Assembly: GCF_032444005.1 (NCBI RefSeq)
Contig: NC_091283.1
Span: forward strand, 830,242,001 to 830,306,000
DNA from: Ranitomeya imitator
Lineage: Eukaryota
Direction: 5' to 3'
Length of the DNA stretch: 64,000 bases
Of this stretch, positions 60,359 to 64,000 are shown one piece after another (position 1 is the first letter of the stretch; each line of letters begins with the position of its first letter). The notes beneath the pieces were generated by a model, which ran no database searches, was not told where the DNA came from, and saw only the letters and a list, made by a program, of their open reading frames with translations. A program made the translations under genes and the position numbers.

Positions 60359-61460
60359 CAGTGGTATGTAAAGGTTTGGGCACCCCTGGTCAAAATCACT
60401 GTTATTGTACAGTTAAGCAAGCTGAAGATAAAAAATTCCCTAAAATGGCTAAAGTTAAAGATGACACATTTCCTTCAGATTTTAGGCCAAAATATATATT
60501 TTCAACATTTATGTTGTAAAATTACAAAAAAGGAAAATGGGCACCCTGCATGGTTAGTACCTAGAAGCACCCCTTATTGCAAGTATCACAGCTTGTAAAC
60601 AAGAGGCTTCCAATTCTTTTATTTTGGGGGATTTTCATCCATTTTTCCTTGGATAATTCTCCCAGTTCTGTGAGATTCCTGGGCCGTCTTGCATCCTCTA
60701 CTATTTTGAGGTCTAGCCACAGATTTTCAATGATGTTCAGACCAGGGGACTGTGAGGAGCATTGTAAAACTTCATTTTGCACCTTTTGAGGTCATCTATT
60801 ACAGATTTTGCCATGTGTTTAGGTTCATTATAAATTTGTAGAAGCCATCCTCTTCCTCTTTTCACCTTTAGTTTTTTTTTTTTACAGATGGTGTTATGTT
60901 TGCATCAAGAATTTGTTGACATTTCATTGAATCCATTCTTCCCTCTACCATTGTGTAATTGGCTGCAACACAACCCCAAACCATGATTGATCCACCCCAA
61001 TGCTTAATGGTTGGTGAGATGTTCTTTTTCTGAAATTCTGTGCTCTTTATTTCTCCACACATTCAGTGCCTTTGATCATTGTGGACACGGAGTTCTATTT
61101 TAACCTCATCTGTCCACAGAACTTGTTTCCAAAATGCATCAGGCTTGTTTAGATGTTCTTTTGCATACTTCTGATACAGAATTTTATGGTGAGGACACAG
61201 GAGAGGTTTTCTTCTGATGAATCTTCCATGAAGGCCATATTTGTGCAGGTGTTTCTGAACAGTAGAACAAAGTACCACAACTCCTGAGTCTGCTACATCT
61301 TTATGAAGGTCATTTTGCAGTTAAGCAGGGTTTCTGATATGCCTTTCTAGCAATCATGTAAGCAGCTCTCACTGAAATTTTGCTTGGTCTTCCAGACCTT
61401 ATCTTGACCTCCACTGTTCTTGTTAACTGCAACTTCTTAATTACATTTAGAACTGAGGTA
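60359..61460 (-). mobile_element. Tc1-family transposon relic
   Basis: TA-CAGTGGTATGTAAAGGTTTGGGCACCCC TIR; fragments SPGLNIIENLW, PTIKHWGGSIMVWG and WKQVLWTDEVKIE. Confidence 0.85.
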
Positions 61461-62098
61461 TTGCTGTCAATTATGTTAAATAATAGTCACCCTGGTTGGG
61501 TGTTTGCTTGTATTTTAATACTTTTTGTGAGACTACCTTCTAGTAGTTTTCCTGATATGGTTTTCTCCTGCGTTTTTGTGCCTGATATTAATTGCATTTT
61601 AGAATAAGTAAAGCTTAATGTGATTGTGAGATTTGGTCTAACACTTCGTAGTGGTGGAATATTCAGAAATTATTGACCATACATCATAGAGTTAAAAATA
61701 AAAGTGTAGTACTAGTGATTCTACCAAATATAGTTTCGATCTACTGAACTCTTCCAACTTGTCAGTTTCGATGAATTCTAGCCTTGACATCGCTTGATTT
61801 TTTTTTTTGAAATGCTATAAATAGTTATTCACTTTTTGGAGAGTTAAAATTATTTGCTATATCACTTTGTGGAATGTAATGATTAAGACATCTTAATTAT
61901 TAAATTTCTTGTCCTTCCCGGGAGTCGTTGTTTTAATTGCTAGTAAATTCAAACCTCTGGTGCATATTTCAATGGGATAAAGGTTCTATATATTCCTTGT
62001 ATTTTTCCATTGTCATTAAATAGAAACAACCATTTCTGCCATGTGTGAGATTACACGACTCAATTCTCGAAAGGAAATTATTCCTTTCATGTTGCTAA

Positions 62099-63028
62099 AT
62101 GGAGGTACAAAATTTCAGCCTTACTGAATTTGTTCTCCTCGGCTTCCATGAGCTTCCAGACTTCCAGTTGGTTTTCTTTTTCATATTTCTGGTCATCTAT
62201 GTTGCAACGTTGGTTGGAAATTTATTAACAACTGGTCTATTTTGCTTTGTTCCTCACTTCCACACTCCCATGTATATATTCCTGTGTAACATGTCTGTAT
62301 TGGATATGTCCTTCACCTCAATGGTTCTACCAAAGTTATTGGATATCTTTCTAACTGGGAACAATGTCATCTCCTACCATGGTTGTATCGCTCAGGTTTT
62401 CTTTTTCGTGGTCCTCATGGTGTCGGAATACTTCATCCTGGCTTCCATGGCTTATGATCGTTACGTGGCCATCTGTCACCCCCTTCGTTACTCTTATTTC
62501 ATGAGCCTGCAGGTCTGTTTCTGGATGACATTGGCGTCTTGGAGTATAGGAGTCCTTGAGGGCATTATGTACGCCAGTATAATATCATCTTGTACATTTT
62601 GTGAATCAAATGAAATTGACCATTTATTCTGTGATATAAAGCCTCTTGTAAAGCTTTCATGTAGTGATACACGGACCATAGAAACAGTGATACTTGGACC
62701 GAGTGCCATCATTGGCTTTTTTCTTTCAATTATGACCTTGGTGTCCTACATCTATATCATTTCTACAATTTTGAAGATTAACTCTAAAGAAGGAAGACAA
62801 AAAACCTTCTCCACCTGCTCCTCACACCTCACAGTCATCCTCTTGTTTTACGGAACGGTCCTCGGCATGTACATGAGGCCAAAGTCCAGCTATTCCATGG
62901 ACCAGGACAAGGTGTTTGCCATTTTGTATGCAGGAGTCATTCCAATGCTCAACCCTCTCATTTACAGCTTGAAAAATCAGGAGGTGAAGAAAGCTCTGTG
63001 CAGAATAAAGAAACAATTGTTTTGTTAG
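62099..63028 (+). CDS. Olfactory receptor, class II-type, intact, 309 aa (OR-C)
   Basis: Single-exon ORF with NFS sequon, [30 protein letters not shown] and [12 protein letters not shown]. Confidence 0.96.
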   Translation: MEVQNFSLTEFVLLGFHELPDFQLVFFFIFLVIYVATLVGNLLTTGLFCFVPHFHTPMYIFLCNMSVLDMSFTSMVLPKLLDIFLTGNNVISYHGCIAQVFFFVVLMVSEYFILASMAYDRYVAICHPLRYSYFMSLQVCFWMTLASWSIGVLEGIMYASIISSCTFCESNEIDHLFCDIKPLVKLSCSDTRTIETVILGPSAIIGFFLSIMTLVSYIYIISTILKINSKEGRQKTFSTCSSHLTVILLFYGTVLGMYMRPKSSYSMDQDKVFAILYAGVIPMLNPLIYSLKNQEVKKALCRIKKQLFC

Positions 63029-64000
63029 GTCATTGTTCACATGTCTGTTTGGCGTCCATGTATATTTGACTCCAGTAGAAAAAAAGACAAATGTGTAGAA
63101 AAATAGATACAAACACATTCCAAACTGAACTCAGAGTTTACACTTTTAACTGATTAAGTCTGAAAAGGAAATGTAATGTTGCTGTTTAAATAAGTAAAAT
63201 AAATAAGTGCTTATATAGGTGGAACTGTCAAATGGATACAATTAAAAATACAATCTTTGGCGTCAATCGGCATCTGATTTTACACCTTTAGTGTTCCATT
63301 GGTGCACAGTGCTAAAAATGAATTTATTAAACAGATGACAAAATAAATGATCCATTTGCAATCGACTTTAAAGGGAACCTGTCACCTAAAAAAAAAATGC
63401 TATGACCCTGCAGATATGAGGATAACCTGCAGGTTAATAGCATTCTGAACCTGCCTGGTGCCTGCATTTAGACCTATGCTGCCAGGAGAAAATTAACTTC
63501 AGTCCCTCCGACAGCGTTCAGGATCCAGTCATTAGGGCAACGCCAGTGGGTTCAGTCACGACTCTGTGTATGGAAAATGGGGGTGGAACCGCGTCCCCAG
63601 CACTGACTGACATCTGGCCCTAATGCTGAGCCCGGTCCTGCACCCTCTGATGACCTCCCCCTGATGCAGGGCAGGCGAGGATCGGACAGCGGGTTATGCC
63701 CGGCAGCGTCTCCTCCACCTGGGCAGCTTATTGGTCCACTCCCTTCTACGGCTCCATCCTCCACAGGCACACTGCGGGCTTATGGGTCCCATGGACAGGA
63801 AGACAATCCTCCCATCACTGGCAGGTTCCCTATCCACTGAAGCTTCTGCTAGAAGAAGTAACAGCACCAACTTCGAGGTTCGTCATCGGGAGTCTGGATA
63901 TCCAGCTGGTGGGATGACAGCTCCCACGCAGCCTGGTGAGTATTACTCCATGTCTTGTCCATTTCCTCCTATTTTAATGTCAAAAAGTTTAGAGGGCAGC

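Noticed and set aside
32667-64000. FGF8 exons
   Set aside because: No FGF8-like peptide seen in the ORF track or by reading. Short exons could be missed, so the absence needs tBLASTn confirmation.

Overview
This is vertebrate genomic DNA, not prokaryotic; an anuran amphibian is inferred from the gene and repeat content. The + strand carries the last seven coding exons (10-16, human numbering) of OGA/MGEA5 (O-GlcNAcase), then a complete five-exon NPM3 (nucleoplasmin-3/NO29), then three class II olfactory receptor genes (two intact, one frameshifted). Most of the rest is repeat: an intact full-length L1 retrotransposon with a TSD, a 5'-truncated L1, two DIRS1-type tyrosine-recombinase retrotransposons with recognisable ITR/ICR ends, several Tc1, CR1 and L2 relics, a solo LTR, a tRNA-derived SINE, MITEs, several minisatellites and a 1.6-kb purine/pyrimidine-alternating satellite. 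There is one 224-N gap. I found no CRISPR array, rRNA, tRNA gene or clearly new enzymatic system. The best leads are: olfactory receptors where FGF8 normally follows NPM3; decoy or poison splice signals in OGA introns 10-11; a Trp679-equivalent to Met change in OGA; a shared HD + O/E + TATA footprint upstream of the ORs; the HRE-like/Z-DNA satellite; and a minisatellite born inside a DIRS terminal repeat. All coordinates were read by eye, and no database searches were run.
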